From assembly GCF_018977255.1 (NCBI RefSeq), contig NW_024704742.1:14820001-14884000 (forward strand): a DNA stretch of 64,000 bases, in the 5' to 3' direction. Under the pieces are notes generated by a model. It did not search any database, was not told where the DNA came from, and saw nothing but the letters and a program-made list of their open reading frames with translations. Within the stretch, counting starts at the first letter, position 1. The number at the start of each line of letters is the position of its first letter. The stretch comes from Callorhinchus milii (taxonomy: Eukaryota). Position numbers and translations under genes: made by a program. Below, in pieces: positions 1 to 14,159 of this stretch.

Positions 1-1250
1 CTCGGTTTTATATAGTAAATTCATTTGTCTGGTCTGTGTTCATTGGGAAGGTATAGAATTGTACTGACATTAGATTATTACCTGTGGATTATATAGGTTA
101 TCGTAAGTTGCTAACAATGCCCAAATCTCTTCCGTTCACTAACAGATCAAGACCTCAAACTGGAACCGAACAGATATGCAAGACCATTCACGAATACATT
201 CTGAAATAAACAAATACTCTTAACATTTACTCTGCCAAGAAATCCAAAAAATGCTGGCGGTTTAAATATTTCAGCTGGCTTTCATTTCTGATGTTACGGA
301 AAATATATCTTGAGAGTACTTTAATTTTTAAACCTCCTACATCCAAAGATAATTGCCAGCAGGGTTTATTTAATAAAATGAATTTAAAAAAAAGAACAAA
401 ACTGATTTTCCTTGCACTTTTGCCCTGCTTTTAGATTACCATTGTACCTTGACAACTAATATTATTGTATTTAATTTAATCTCCCCCAATGTGATCGTAT
501 AATACCTTTAGACTTTACTCCCAACAACCATTGCAAAGTATTAGACAGCTTAAACTCATAACCAGAACACTTTAAGGTACCATATCCAATGACAGTTTTA
601 CTGTATAAATGTTTACATAATTTGGTGTCTTTACAATTTACAATGTATATAAGACCAGTTTATCGGGTGCAAATTACAGAGTGCAGTTCACTGATTCAGT
701 AAACTATGTGCTGACTTCCATGGCATCTTTATAAGATATTTTACAGACCATTTTAAACAATGTTGGAAATTTTATTCCAGGGGCAAATTGCCAGAGCTGT
801 ACTTCAGCCCGCAAAATATTCTATTGTGGTGGATATCCAAGCAACATTTTTTTCATATGCGCAGAATAGTTTAAGCCCAGTAATCCATTAAACCCAAACA
901 ACGATCTATGACATCGACTAAGAAACCGGATATTTGATGGTACTGCTATGTTGGCCCTAAAAATTCTTAAATGGGTGTGACTTTTGCCTTGGCTGACAAA
1001 CTTATACGAATGATACAGGACATCACCTATGTTGGAACAGTACAAGAGAAGGTCAGATAGATCACGAATTGTAGTTGCGTAAGCTTGACTTTTAAAAGTC
1101 TATGGATTGTAAATCGACACTGGGAGAGGGAAGGAGATCCACAATCTTGAAGCCCATGGTAACTATGAGATACAGCGCGAAATGGTGTGATGAGTTTTGA
1201 ATTCATTATAGTGAGGAATTGGGGAGGAGGAAGATGAATAGGTTTAGAGG
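1..1250 (+). mobile_element. Highly decayed L1/Tx1-clade LINE, ORF2 C-terminal region
   Basis: Frame-shifted remnants in the expected order: RLLPVDYIGYRKLLTMPK...QICKTIHEYI (cf. LPLSxIGRxxLIKxxxxPK...IxxFIW), LPRNPKNAGGLNI (cf. LPKxxGGL), LYKIFYRPF*T (cf. FKILHRxYLT), then CQSC plus a decayed CWW-like Cys knuckle. Followed by an A/GA-rich tract. Confidence 0.5.
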
Positions 1251-1590
1251 AGCCGTGAGCAGAGTATAAAATAATAGTGAAAAGAAAAAATACTATGTAG
1301 AAAGAAGTGAGAGAGAGAGAAAGAGAAGGAAGGAAGGGGGAGGAATGAAGGCAAGGAAGAGAGGAAGGGAAGAGAGGAAGAGTTTCTGAAAAAAAGACCA
1401 CGTATTGGATGATGATCTTTTTCTTGTATTAAGTGCAGGAGTGGAAGAGAGGTACTCAAAGAGCTTCCCGATGGCATAGAATCTTTAGAATCATAGAAAC
1501 ATACAGCGCAGAGCAAGGTCATTTGGCTCATCAAATCTGCCCTTGGCTCTCAGAGCTCAATGTTCATTCAATCTCACTACCCGCCCGTGT

Positions 1591-1918
1591 GGAGTCCTGT
1601 AGCTCAGTGGTTAGAGCACTCGCTTTGCAAGTGAGAGACCTGAGTTCAATTCCAGGCAGGGCGAAACCTTGGGCAAGTTTCCTTACTCCACACGCCTAAT
1701 AATAATCCCTCCAAAAAACTAAAAACAATAATAAATTGGTCATTTTCAATCTACAACTGTTTGTGGGACATTGTTGTGCGCAATTGGCTGCCGCGTTCGC
1801 TCACAAATATACAGTCAATTCACTTTACAGTGTGTTCTGTGAAGTGCTTTGGGACGTCCTCCTGACGTGAAAAGTGCTATATTAAATGCAAGAATTATTA
1901 TTATTATATTATTATTAT
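1591..1918 (+). mobile_element. tRNA-derived SINE, short variant
   Basis: Head with A box TAGCTCAGTGG and B box GAGTTCAATTCC; body shared with the other copies; L2-like tail ending (ATT)n. Confidence 0.9.
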
Positions 1919-2085
1919 TTCCATGTATTCAAATCACGAACAGATTTGAGTTTCATAGAAAATTTGGATAAATTAGAGGGAAAAGATATTTGGCATGAAA
2001 GAGATCATTAAGCATTTTGAAGACAACTTTAACAGTTACCAGTAAATATTAATAGGATAAGATAATACAATTAGTCTTACCATTG

Positions 2086-2585
2086 GGCATGTAGCTTGAT
2101 GGTCAGAGCACTTGCCTCTCAAGTGAGAGACCTGGGTTCATCTCCTGCCAGGGCGAACAGTTGGGCAAGTTTCCTTACTCCACACGCCTCTGTTCATCTA
2201 ACAGTAGGTAGGAACCCGGTTATTAGTCAATTAGTGGATAGATTTTCCGGGGATAATAATCCCTTCAAGAATAACTCGATAAATTTAATAATAATAATTT
2301 GGTCACTCAATCCATGACTGTTTATGGGATATTGCTGTGCACAATTGGCTGCCGCGTATTGCCCACAAAATAACGGCCAATTCACTTTATAGTATATTCT
2401 ATGAGATGTCTTGAAGACATGATAAGGATATGGTCCCGGAGCCCTGACATTCTACACAGCATTATTCATGGCATCACATGTCTGAGTGTTGCACCCCTCT
2501 ATATAACCCAATTCACCTTCCACAGTCATCTTAAAGGAGAGAAATAACTACTTAACATGCCCAACTGCAAGGATTATTATTACTA
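2086..2585 (+). mobile_element. tRNA-derived SINE, long variant, with ~140-nt insertion in the tail
   Basis: Same head and body plus central segment CTGTT...GTAGGAACCCGGTT...TTTTCCGGGG; tail interrupted at ~2428-2568. Confidence 0.85.
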
Positions 2586-5500
2586 TTTGTTTAGAAATGT
2601 ACCCCTGTACTCCATTTTTTTCAACTAATTGTCATTTATTTACAAAGAGTTTAAACTCATTCCATGGTGATTGATCTTCCAATGCGGAGCCGACATCTGC
2701 AAGATCTCTTAGACTAAGGTTTGAAAACGTCAGTTTCCATCACTCACCTCTCCACTGTCCATTCAAAGGAGTAAACAGTGAGCACAGCAAACTCCTGGGC
2801 TCTTCGTCTGGTCTTGAACCAATTCTTAGAGGTCAAAGGACAATGTTTCGAATTTTCTTCCACTTTATTTTGCCAACTTGATGCATTTTCAGAGCGGAGA
2901 CCGCTCGTCTCTAGATGACATGCAGGATGCACTTCCAGTTGTCGGAAGGAGTCCCCACTCTGATTTCACAAATAAAATTTTTTGTTGAGAAATACTGAAA
3001 AAAAAGTATTCACCTGCCAGATCTGATATTTCTGTTTTATTCAATAAAACTAACGTTAATAAAACTTGTGGTAAAATCTGATCATAGGTGTCTGCAATGT
3101 GATATGACATCACTACTACCAACAAAACAAAAATGGAAAACTAATAATATTATGCAAAATACCACTCTACAGACAACCACAATGGTGTCCCACATCTCAT
3201 GTCTTTGCCTCTGCAGATTATGACACCATCTCAGCCCCCCCCTATTCATTGTTTGTGTGCTTTCTGGTATGACTGTTCCTGACTGTTTGTTGAGTTATCC
3301 TGAGTTTGGAATTTTTGATCCTTTGATCATTTTATTTTGTTTGGCCATGTCATTTTCCATTAACTGTATATGGTATGTTGAATTTATTTTCTGCCTTCTT
3401 AATTATATATTTTTCTGGCCTTTAAAATTAAAGAATTATTTTATCCATAAACAGAAAAATCAGATTGACATTACCCTTGTGCCTCGCTCTGTGTGTTTCA
3501 CTCAGCTTTCAATGAGGAATGCTTCTATTGTAGATGAATGGGAAAGGAGGGAGAATAAGTCTTTGTTTCTCAATAGATTTACCATCTTTAGGTGATGTGT
3601 ACTTTGAACAGGAATTCTTCTGGTATTGTTATATTGTTCATGATAGAATACAGTCGAATAATAACAACAAGGACTTGCATTTATATAGTGCCCTTCATGC
3701 AGGGTATGGTCTCGGAGCTCTGACATCCTACACAGCATTATTCATGTGGGTGTGATGGCATCACGTATCTGAGTGTTGCACCCCTCTATATAACCCAGTT
3801 CACCTTCCACAGTCATCTTCAAAGAGAAAAATAACTACTTAATACTCCCATTTGCACGTGACACCTAGCACTCATTTTCCTCTCTCCCCATGCCCAAATC
3901 CAAATGCCTTCCAAACTCCATTGTCTTTTCATGTGGAACCAAATGTTTGAGATTTGGCTTGTTGCACTCAGAGGTGGAGTTGCTGATAATCAGATACCAG
4001 TTATATTTTTCACATTACATACCACATTTTTCATTCCGACTTGCCTGTTCTGTCAGCTCCCTTCAATCAAATGGAAGTGGTCGAAGCCAGGGGAAACAGG
4101 AGAATGCATTATGCATTTGACTATAAGGCCTTAAATTCTACATAAGTCTAGCTGTTGAAACAATTTTGTCTCAAATTTTAAGATGGCACAGAACTGTGGA
4201 AAATTCTTAAATTTGAAGGTTCCATTTTAAGCATTTTTTTTAAAAACAAATGTTTCCAAATTTAGTCTTGAGTTAAGACTTTTTCACACATTTGCATAAC
4301 TTCTAGAATAAAGATGGATGGTATCTCAAAGTCAGGAAAGTGCTCAGGTTTGTCACACTTCAGGCCACAGTGTCTCACTCCCATCATTGCTTAAACCATG
4401 CCTCTAAAATAAAACATACTGTTTGTTACCAATGGTAGACTGAATACTGTGGTGTAAGTATGTAACATTGCACAGCAGGTCAAGATTACTAATTGGGTGT
4501 TATGCTATTGAGTATCCTCAAGAGAAATGAATTGCACATTGTTCAACCAAAAGCTGCCTGTTTTCAATGAGCCATACCTTGCTCACTGGTGTCTAGAGTC
4601 TATTAGCCTTGGGTAAGACTGCCAATAGGATTGCAGTTTAACTGCAGGGTACTGTACAGTATTATTATTGAAACCACTGATCACAATGGGAGCCTTATAG
4701 GAACACCACCAGAAGACTTCATCATCCTGTCATTAGGAAAGCCACAAATTGAGGTTCATTTGATCCAAGAAATGAAATACTACAAGGAATTTTTTTTTGA
4801 ATAAGCCTTCCACTCTTGATTCAACTTTATTGTATTTTGCATTCAAACTCCCTAATTATTTGGAGAATTATTCGTGCATCTCCATAGGTACCTTATTTGC
4901 ATTCAAACTCTGCACCATGAAACTTATGCCCGACTGTCATGACAAAGTTAAAATTGTTTCAATTTTCAACAAGCTGTGAAAGAAACGTGATCTTAACAGG
5001 GTTCAATAAGTTGCAAATGTACTGTGGAATTGCTGGAAGCTGTGCTACTCTGGATGCCTGCTGCTCCCACAACATCATTATGCGAGTATCAGAAATCTGC
5101 TAAAAGACCTCTTTCATGCAATCTGGTCTTCTCAAAATATTTATGTTATTGCAAAATTTCAAATTCCTCAATATAAGTAATACTTAACCTTTTNAAAAAA
5201 TGAAAAAAAATATACACCAGATTGCAGAAAAATTGCGGACGCTGAAGTAGAAACAGAAAGTGCCGGGAATTCTCAGCGGTTCGACCGACATCTGATGAAG
5301 GGTTGCACATTGTGCTGCACTTAGATTATGGCTCTCAGTGGAGGCAGCAGGAACAGCCAACGGTGAAGGCACTCACAATCAGACACTGCTACCGCTGTGA
5401 AGCAACTTCCTACCGCTGCTAAAATTTCTCCCGGTGTCCTGGGCCAACAAACCCCCAGATAAAATTCGTCATGCATTTCACAGCTGTTAGTGGGATATTG

Positions 5501-8255
5501 CTGTGTGCAAATTGACGGCTGCGTTCCCCTTCAAAACACACTGCAGTAAATCCTGTGAAGTGCTTAGATACATCCTCCTCATGTGAAAGGCACTATATTA
5601 AATGCAAGGATCTTTTATTGTACTTTGCTGGTTGCATCTCCAATGCACATCCACGTATGGGTTCCAGCCATTGTGTACGCTGCACAATGGTGACATTCCT
5701 TTGTAGTGTATGTACATTATGCTGGAACCTGCACATGCATTGCTTAGCTTGCTGCAGTGCTGCTGATGGCATACCAGCCATTCAAGTGGAAGGAGCAAAC
5801 AACAACAACAATACCAAATTGCATTTTATAGCTTCTTTCATATCGGGGCTGGGAAGATGACCAAAGGCACGGTCAAAGAGGACGATATTGATACGTATCT
5901 TGAAGGAGGTGAGGGAAGCAGCCTGCTAACCATGTCAGTCAGGGAATGATGTGTGGCATGAAGGTAACTTATGAGAAGGTTATGGAAGGAGGAAAACAAC
6001 TGAGGAAAAGAGAAATGCAGAAAAGAATAATACTGGCATAGAATGACACAAGACATTTGCGGCAACAACTTGCATTGATAAAGTACTTATCACACAAGTA
6101 ACATCTTGGAGCCCTGAATATCTGTTATTGGATTTAAGGGTTGATATCTGAGGTGATCTGTACTCATTAGTTGCACAGGGCCAGTTTGCATAGGTGAACT
6201 ACCAATGGAGTAAGATTCCTGTCCCACTCTTCAGTTAAAAAATTGCTTGTGTTCGACACATGCGGAAATCAAAATCAACATTTTCATTCAGATGTAGACC
6301 TCTCAGCCATTTGGTTGGGATATTCTTAAGCATGGACAGAGGTTTCCAATGTGTGTCAGAGCTGGAGATAATCAAAGGAAAATTGCGGTTGGTGAATGGC
6401 AGGTCAACACCACTGGTGCAATATTTACTTATGGTTTTCAGCAATGCTTATAGCTACATATACCAGTAACAGAGATTGAACCTTATCAAACGTCCTTTGA
6501 TACTAGGAGCAAAATATTCATTGATTTTGTTTCCTCCCTAAAGAACTCAAATAGCTTTGTGATGAACAAAGGATAATTATCACATCAAATCTGTTATGAA
6601 ATCTAATTTTGCACTTTACTGTTTGTAACCTCGCACTGACTAGTGACTATATTCGCTGTGTATTTGCAACAACAATAACAACTATAACAACTGCATTTAT
6701 ATGGCACCCCTCACACAAATAGCATCTCCGAGTGCTTAACAGTGATGTGGATTTTACCCACAAAATATACAGTGAATTTACTTTACAGTATATTCTGTGA
6801 AGCGCTTTGACATGATAAGGAGCTATATCAAATAGAACGATTTTTATTGGCGCTGAAGCTGAGTTAGAAATGGGTGGGGGGGGGTTTTGGTGGCCAAAGA
6901 GAAAAGTCTTCAGGTGTGATTTGAAGATGGACAAGATGGAGGGATTGAGGCAGCGAGTTCCAGAGATTCAGGATCAGAAATTAAAACAAATGACTTCTCA
7001 TAAAATGTCACAGAATATTTTTACCGCTGTGAATATCAGACGAATGAGCAAATCTGCAATTCTGATTCGGATCATCATCATCCTTGTTTAATAAATGGGA
7101 TTATATTAGCTTTCCTCCAGTGCCATTATGTATGGAGCTTTTAATGAGCGCCTCAGTTGTTTCCATTTTTATCAGAAAGGTCCTAGATTATTTTCTCTGA
7201 GATTGTCATCATAAATTTATCATAAACCTGTTGAATCAAAGAGGCCGCCATTACTGTTGGCCTTTGTTGCATCATAACCTGCAACTAATTTCCATAATCT
7301 GTGAAAAAGCGTGACTAGTGTAACAAGCCACGCATGAGAGGATTACAATTGGAACTATTAACTTTTAATTACATATGATAGCTTTGAGGATGGCCCTGGC
7401 AACTGCTGCCAAGTTCATTTCATAAAAGATGCAACAGGTAACAAAGCATTGCAAACCTTCAAACGTCCTTTGATAATAATCAATGCCAGTGCTATATCGA
7501 TGAATATATTAAATATTCAATGAATCAATTTAATTTCCACTGTTCCTAAGCGCATTTGTTCCATGTGCTCATTCTTTTTGGAATAACCCTGTGTCTGACA
7601 CGCTCCATCTCTGTAAAGTGAGATGTTGAGACCTTTAACTAAATGAATGGTGCTATTGAAGTGCAAGTTGTTGTTGTTGGATACCCAACATCAACCAAAT
7701 CAAATTGTATTACTGAATGTTCCACAAGCATATGTTTTCTGGTGTGTGTGGTATGGAGTATGCCCTCTTGCCTCAGAGGGATGTACCCTGTTTATCTAAC
7801 CAAAGAGAACTTTTGCGAATTAACACAACAAATCGCTTTGGAAAATAAAAGTTCACTCCAAAAGGAACCTTCAACAACAACAACAACAACTTGGATTTAT
7901 ATAGCGCCCTCCTCGCCGGAGGGCATCTAAGAGCACTTCACCATGTACACAATAGTGTAATTCTTCTGGAGGAGGGGAAAAGGACAAATTCTCCTTTTGC
8001 CCTCCTCCAGAAGAATCCTAATCGTAGACTTTTAATCTCTGGAAAGAAATGCCTGCAGCATTTTTACAAGGAATTTCCCACATCTGGCTCTCTTGTGTTA
8101 TGGTGCCTTGAAGTGAAAGCAATGAGAGAAATCCATTTTAGAAGCTTATTAATATTCATTCAGAAGCCATTGCCTTATGGCACTGCGAACATTTGTTTTA
8201 CTGTTGCTAAATGATTTGAACTTTCTCTTCAGAACTGCTTGCAGTTGCAACTGCA

Positions 8256-8516
8256 GGATGCACACAGGTCATCACTACTCCGAAGAAACAAATATAATTC
8301 AATAGGGAATAAATGAAAGATAAAGGACTGTATACCAAGAAGAATCTGTTCGCAGCCGATCAAATGCAAAATGATGTCATTAATGGATGCACACAGGTCG
8401 TCACTACTCCGAAGAAACAAATATTATTTAATAGGGAATAAATGAAAGATAAAGGACTGTATACCAAGAAGAATCTGTTCGCAGCCGATCAAATGCAAAA
8501 TGATGTCATTAATGGA
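8256..8516. repeat. 129-bp tandem duplication (2 copies, ~3 mismatches)
   Basis: GGATGCACACAGGTC...GATGTCATTAAT begins at 8256 and again at 8385. Confidence 0.95.
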
Positions 8517-9489
8517 CGGAAAGGTGAGGTTAAGCTCCTGATTGCCACAGAACAGTTGCAATGTTACTTGATGGATACTCTGTGCTGACCCTGGTGACAC
8601 TGGCTGAACTGGTTTTCTTCATAAAAAATATGATGATGACAGGAATTGTTTTTGTTTATGGAAATGTAGAAACAAGGCAGTTAAGTGCTTCATAACACAA
8701 ACACTTCGTCCATCATTATAAGCTGCATTACTTATGAATAAGTTAACAAAATATACTTTCACAAGATCACAAGAGAGATATGAATGAAGAATGTCCTTCA
8801 GCAAAATTTATTTTCATCCTTCCAGAATATCCAACCTACCTTCTTCCCATTATTATTATTATTATGGTTTCAAGCTTTTTCTTAAAAGAGCCCGGTATCC
8901 TGGACTCTTTCACCCTTCCTAGTAACCTGTTCCCGCTGTTGATTAAACTCTATATAAAATAATTCTTTCTGGTGCCTGCCCTAAAATTGCTCTTCACAAC
9001 ATTGGATCTCGACCTGCTTGTTCTGTTTCCTTGGCATATATGAAAGTAACATCCTGACTGAAACATTTGAATGACGTTTCATAAACCCATGTGTGATGTA
9101 GTGTAGAGTTCATCATGTGGTGTGATCATGACTTCTTTAATTTTTGGCAAAGGGAACACAAGCTACTTTCTTCTTCAATGAGGCACATCTGAATTTGGAT
9201 CATTGCTATTATGACTAATAACAAAAGCTACAAGACAGTAAGTGCATCACATCGCAAGCACTTCACTCTTTACTACTACTACTACAAATAATAATCCTTG
9301 CATTTCATATAGCGCCTTATCATGCCATTGAGATGTCTCAATGTATTTCACTTTAAAGTGTAGGGACTGTGTTTTGTGGGTGAAATAATGTCCATCTTTG
9401 TGAAGTTCTGTGTGACATCAGTAGATAAATATTCCTTTTTGTGATCAGTCCAAAAACTGAATATTTAGGTTATTTCCAGGGTGGTCCAA

Positions 9490-9830
9490 CTGGCGGCTAG
9501 GTGTCTGACCCATACTGAAACCTATCACCATGCTTAAGAGTATCCAAACCAGATACTGAGAGTTCTACACAAGTAAGCCTACACAGAGTTCTACACATGG
9601 ACATTTTCCTGTGTCTGGAATAGAATACACTCTCCCTCCCTATATGGACACAGTCTAATTCTGGAGAACATTAGGTGCAGGTTGGTAAAAGCATTCAGGA
9701 CTCCAGAGTGCATTGGTATACTTCTGGAGTTTAATCAGCTGAAGCTGTACAGCTTGCCATTGTCTGCTAAGCTGCTTGTGTATCTAGGACCACCTTACCT
9801 CCTTGGGCTTAACAGGAGTTGATTGGGGGC
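9490..9830 (+). repeat. Unclassified dispersed repeat family (other copies ~11583-11860 -, 24745-25050 +, 35005-35196 +, 35870-36070 +, partial 6300-6365 -)
   Basis: Shared blocks CTTAAGAGTATCCAAACCA, ATTTYCCTGTGYCTGGAA, CTAATTCYRGAGA, CTGGAGTTYAA.CAGCT. Confidence 0.75.
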
Positions 9831-12709
9831 GCGGCAGAACCAGAACACTCAAAAAGACTTTAATTGAGCTATTTATTTTTTACTAGCATTTAATTGGCTT
9901 CAAAGCCTTACTTTAGGTAGAGTCATAATATATAAAGGCAAACCAATGTAGTGACGAGCTCAGCCGGGCGGGCGAGCCTGTGTGCTGTTTGCTGTGCCAT
10001 TGGAGATGATTTCACCACTCGGCAACTTTTAGTCTCAACCGAGAATGTGCCGAGCGGAAGCCGCCTGCCCAGAGTGAGCGAGGGAGGGAGAGAGAGAGGA
10101 TGAACGGCATCACGCTACATTATTCATCCTTAACCAGTTGGATTCCGCAGATGCCGAGTGTAGAGAGAAAGAAAAGTGGGAAAACGTTCTCTCTTTCACA
10201 GTCAATGAGAAATTCCACCCACTACTTTCATGATCCCTGACTATTCAGTGTCTTGGGACGTGAGAGGTGCTTTACAAATATAATTTTGTTGTTGTTCATA
10301 CGCTGTTTGAACATTTAAATATTTCCACCAATATGTATTCTTCTTTTGCAAATCTGTTCTTAACCAGATGTTCATACAACTCTTTGTAAAGGAATGAGTA
10401 CCTTAGAATCATGGAAGTTTATAGTGTAGAAGGAGGCCACGTGGCTATATTGAGTCTGCACTGGTTCTCAAAACAAGCTGTCCATTCACTCTCACTGTCC
10501 TGCTCTATCCTCATACCCCTTCAAGTCTACACCTGTCTACTCACCTAACCTAAGCGCTCTGGGATGCTACCCACAAGTTGTTGTTGTTGTACTTCCCTCT
10601 TGAAACCCACAATGAACTCTGCCTCTATCACTTTACTTGGCAGGCCATTCCATATCCCATTAAAACATTATTAATCCTTAAATTGACTGGCACCTATGAA
10701 AAATGATATCCTCACATATTGTATTGTTGAGATCAGGAATGTGTTTAGTCAGCTGTCCTCTTCATAAATTTATTTTCAAAGAGCCGGCACAGACACAATG
10801 GGTCGAATGGCCTCCTTCTGCTCTGAATATTTCTATGATTCCATGAACATAGGTACATACGAGAGTCATTTTGCCCATTAACAAGATTTAGTTGCAGAAA
10901 CATGAACAATTCAAATACAAAAGATGACAGATTAGTTAAGATGTAGGCTTTGTTTTATTGAACTGACAAATAATTGGTTACAGTCCAGAGTTTTAAGATG
11001 ATTGTTCTCGGTAAATGTCACACTACGTGAGACTGGAGAGACTCCCAAAATATAACAGGTATCAAAAGTTATCTTTGATATTGTGTATTCGTTAGCTTTT
11101 AACAAGCAAACCAAGATGAAATTCCACACATGCAAGATTGAACATGTGGACATTGTTCAATGTATTCTTTGTTTTGAACAAATGCCACATTTGGGATGTA
11201 TAATGTATTTCTGTAGGAGCTGTCACTGACCTAATGGCAGAATTGATTTCAAGTGGAAACAATGTAAAACTTTCAAACCCAATGAGTCACGTAAATTACA
11301 AACACACAAACAAAGATTGTGGGGTATGCATTTAAAATAGTTCTACCAAAATGAAATGTATGTAATGTCCCAGAATTACGATTATTTCTCTGTTGGCATA
11401 ATTTTGCACTGTAGCAAGTGAGGACCTGAGTTCACAATCCAGACCAATACTGTGATGCAATAGTACTGGGGAGCATTGCTTTGTCGAAAGTGGAATCTTT
11501 CAAATGAGATATTAAACAGAGATCTAGTCTCTGTTCAGGTGGATATTAAAAATCCTATGTCACTGTGACAGATAGTGATATCAGTGGCAAGCTCTGCCAT
11601 TTTAGCTGGTTAGACTCCAGCAATTACCCCAACGCACACTCTGGAGTCCCCCAAGCCTTGGCTCTTGCCAACTTGCGCCTAATACTTTCCGGAATTAGGT
11701 AAGCAGGAGGTGTCCATCCAGGGAGAGAGAGCGCATTCCATTCCAACAATCCACCTCTGGAATTTCCATGTTTAGGTGGGATGCATGGAAACCTCACTTG
11801 GTTTGGATACTCTTAAGCATGGTTTCTGGGTTTCTGCAAGTGTCAGACCGATGGCTGACCAAAAAAACGAAAGAATATCCTGGTCGATAAACATGTAAGT
11901 TAAATTATGTTAAATTAACATGACTGTTAGTGTGACTTTGCTGACAGACAATGGCTGTTTTCCTAGAGAACAATCTTGAATCACTTTAAGATGTTTAAAC
12001 ATAAAAAGATACTGTAAAAAGTTTTTCTTTAGAGAGGACCAAGCCCAAAGGACCAATTTTTCTTATAATTTAAGACTGCACTAGATTATGCAAAATTCAG
12101 TCTCAGTGTGGATATCATTTTTCAACAATAACTGGCTTCCAAATTAAGATTTAATTGAAGAAATGTCTTACACTTTAAGACAAAATTGTCATATAGGCTA
12201 AGACGAGTTGAAATTTCAGACCTCTTGTGTTTATACAATGCACTGACTGACATAACACTTATTTCATTTAATTTTTTTGTTGGGTGTGCTGGAGGCATTT
12301 TAGGTACATTTTTCAATAAGTACATCTGCATTTATTTAAATGTGATTCATTAGGCTGGTGATCTTTACTCCAGAGTTTAATGGCAGGATAAGATAGAAAA
12401 TATTGAACAAGAAAAAAACAGTTCCGTGAAAACAATGTTTGACAAAGCCCCCCAGTGTTATTGAAACTATAATGAAGGTACTTGAAGTGGAATTAAATTG
12501 GAATGTGGCTCATATCTCCGCCAGTTAATAATACAGACTCCCACGCCTGCTGTTTTTCCCCAAGAGAGATTAGATTTCACTGACCAAACTCAGATTGGAT
12601 TTTACTGACAGGCTAATATATCACCTAAGAATGTATAATGATCTAATTTGCTTTTTTTGAGAAACAGTGTAAGAAGGCTGGGATTTAAGCAGGAAGAGCA
12701 TTATTTGGT

Positions 12710-13100
12710 TTTGGTGTCACCGAAACCTTATCTACATCTTCGTCACCACACTCCTCGTCTTCTGAACTCCACCATCCATAAACCTTCAATTCATCCAAAA
12801 CTCCACTGACATCTTCATCCGCACCTCCATCAGGCCAGTCCTCATCAGGTTCCACTGACTCCCGGTCTCTCAGCGGATCGATTTCAAGGTGCTCACCCTC
12901 ATCTACAAATTCTTTCATTCCTTAGCACCTCCGTATTTCTCTGACCGCCTCCCAGCCGCTCCTTTACTTGCCTTCTCTGCTCAACTAACTCAAACTTGCT
13001 GCACTTGCTTGCTGTCGGTGGTCACATTTTCAAAATCTATGTCCTTAGCCACTGGAACTCCCGCCCTCAACCCATCTGTCTTGCTCCTTTTCCTTTTGTC
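12710..13100 (+). mobile_element. Decayed L2 LINE 3' fragment
   Basis: QRIDFKVLTLIYKFFHSLAPPYFSD, the typical L2 ORF2 C-terminus. Confidence 0.7.
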
Positions 13101-14159
13101 TTAATTTCAGTTTATAACACGGTGTTTTTCATGCTGCGATCATGTAAAAACATATTCAGTTATCAGTACGGCAGACATTCTTGTATGTATTTGGTGGATT
13201 TGTAAAAGCTATTGTACTACTGCACACACAATATGATTCTTTTATAATCCAGGGATTGCTCCTGCTCTCTTACTGTTCAGGTATTCTGCTGCACCTTGCA
13301 ATTTAATATACTAAATTAAATGTAAGGTATATTTCCTTTCACATCAGGAGGAGCGCTTCACAGGATTTACTGTAAAGTATAGAGACTGTGTACTTTGAAG
13401 GTAAACATGTAACATATAACAGAGGAAGGGGGTGTTTGGGGGGAGTTTATCTATCTCCTATCCATCTGGAGTCCATGCAATGCAATAAATATCAAATGGA
13501 CCATTAAATTGATTATGACCCAATTAAACCACCTAATTCAGTGTGAGATTGCTTGATTTTGAATAATTTATATATTCTGAAAGGATAACCAACTAACAGG
13601 GTGACACTAGAGAAATCAAAAGTTTGTGCTAAAACCAAGGCTCCTGACAGCAACACGCAACCCACAAACTGGAGCTAAGCATAATCCTAACAACACAAAG
13701 TCAGCAGGTCAGCGACTGAATGTGGTTTTGAAGCACTGAGACAAAGTTGAAGGTGGGTTGATCTCTTGGTGGTTTCTTATGATGCATCCCAATAAGGGCA
13801 TGTAAAATGTGTACAGTTGATGCAAAGTACTCCAACACAGACTAGGCAAGTGTGTGCATCATGCAAATAGAGCAACAGAAACTTTGACAAACCGCTTTGG
13901 GATTCTCACTGGTTGACGGGATGTGCTGCTTCAATTGCTTGTATTAATGATAAACTGTGTTTACATAGCATTTATAGTTTCTCATGTACAAATATTTTCT
14001 TAGAGCGATGCTTAGTACCTACAATTTAGATTATGTTTGTCTTCAATCACATGGAATAACAACAAGGTATTCAGTTGAGCACTGATCTAGCCGCACGTGC
14101 TGTACAGTGTAAAATGTTAGTTGTTGTTTTATTTTGTGGACAATTTAATGTTTGAGAAG

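Noticed and set aside
1591..1665. tRNA genes (also at 41091, 56850, 58260, 58803)
   Set aside because: The A/B-box heads run directly into a shared SINE body and LINE-like tail, so they are SINE heads.
5194..5194. Single N base
   Set aside because: Assembly ambiguity in a T/A run; no biological meaning can be inferred.
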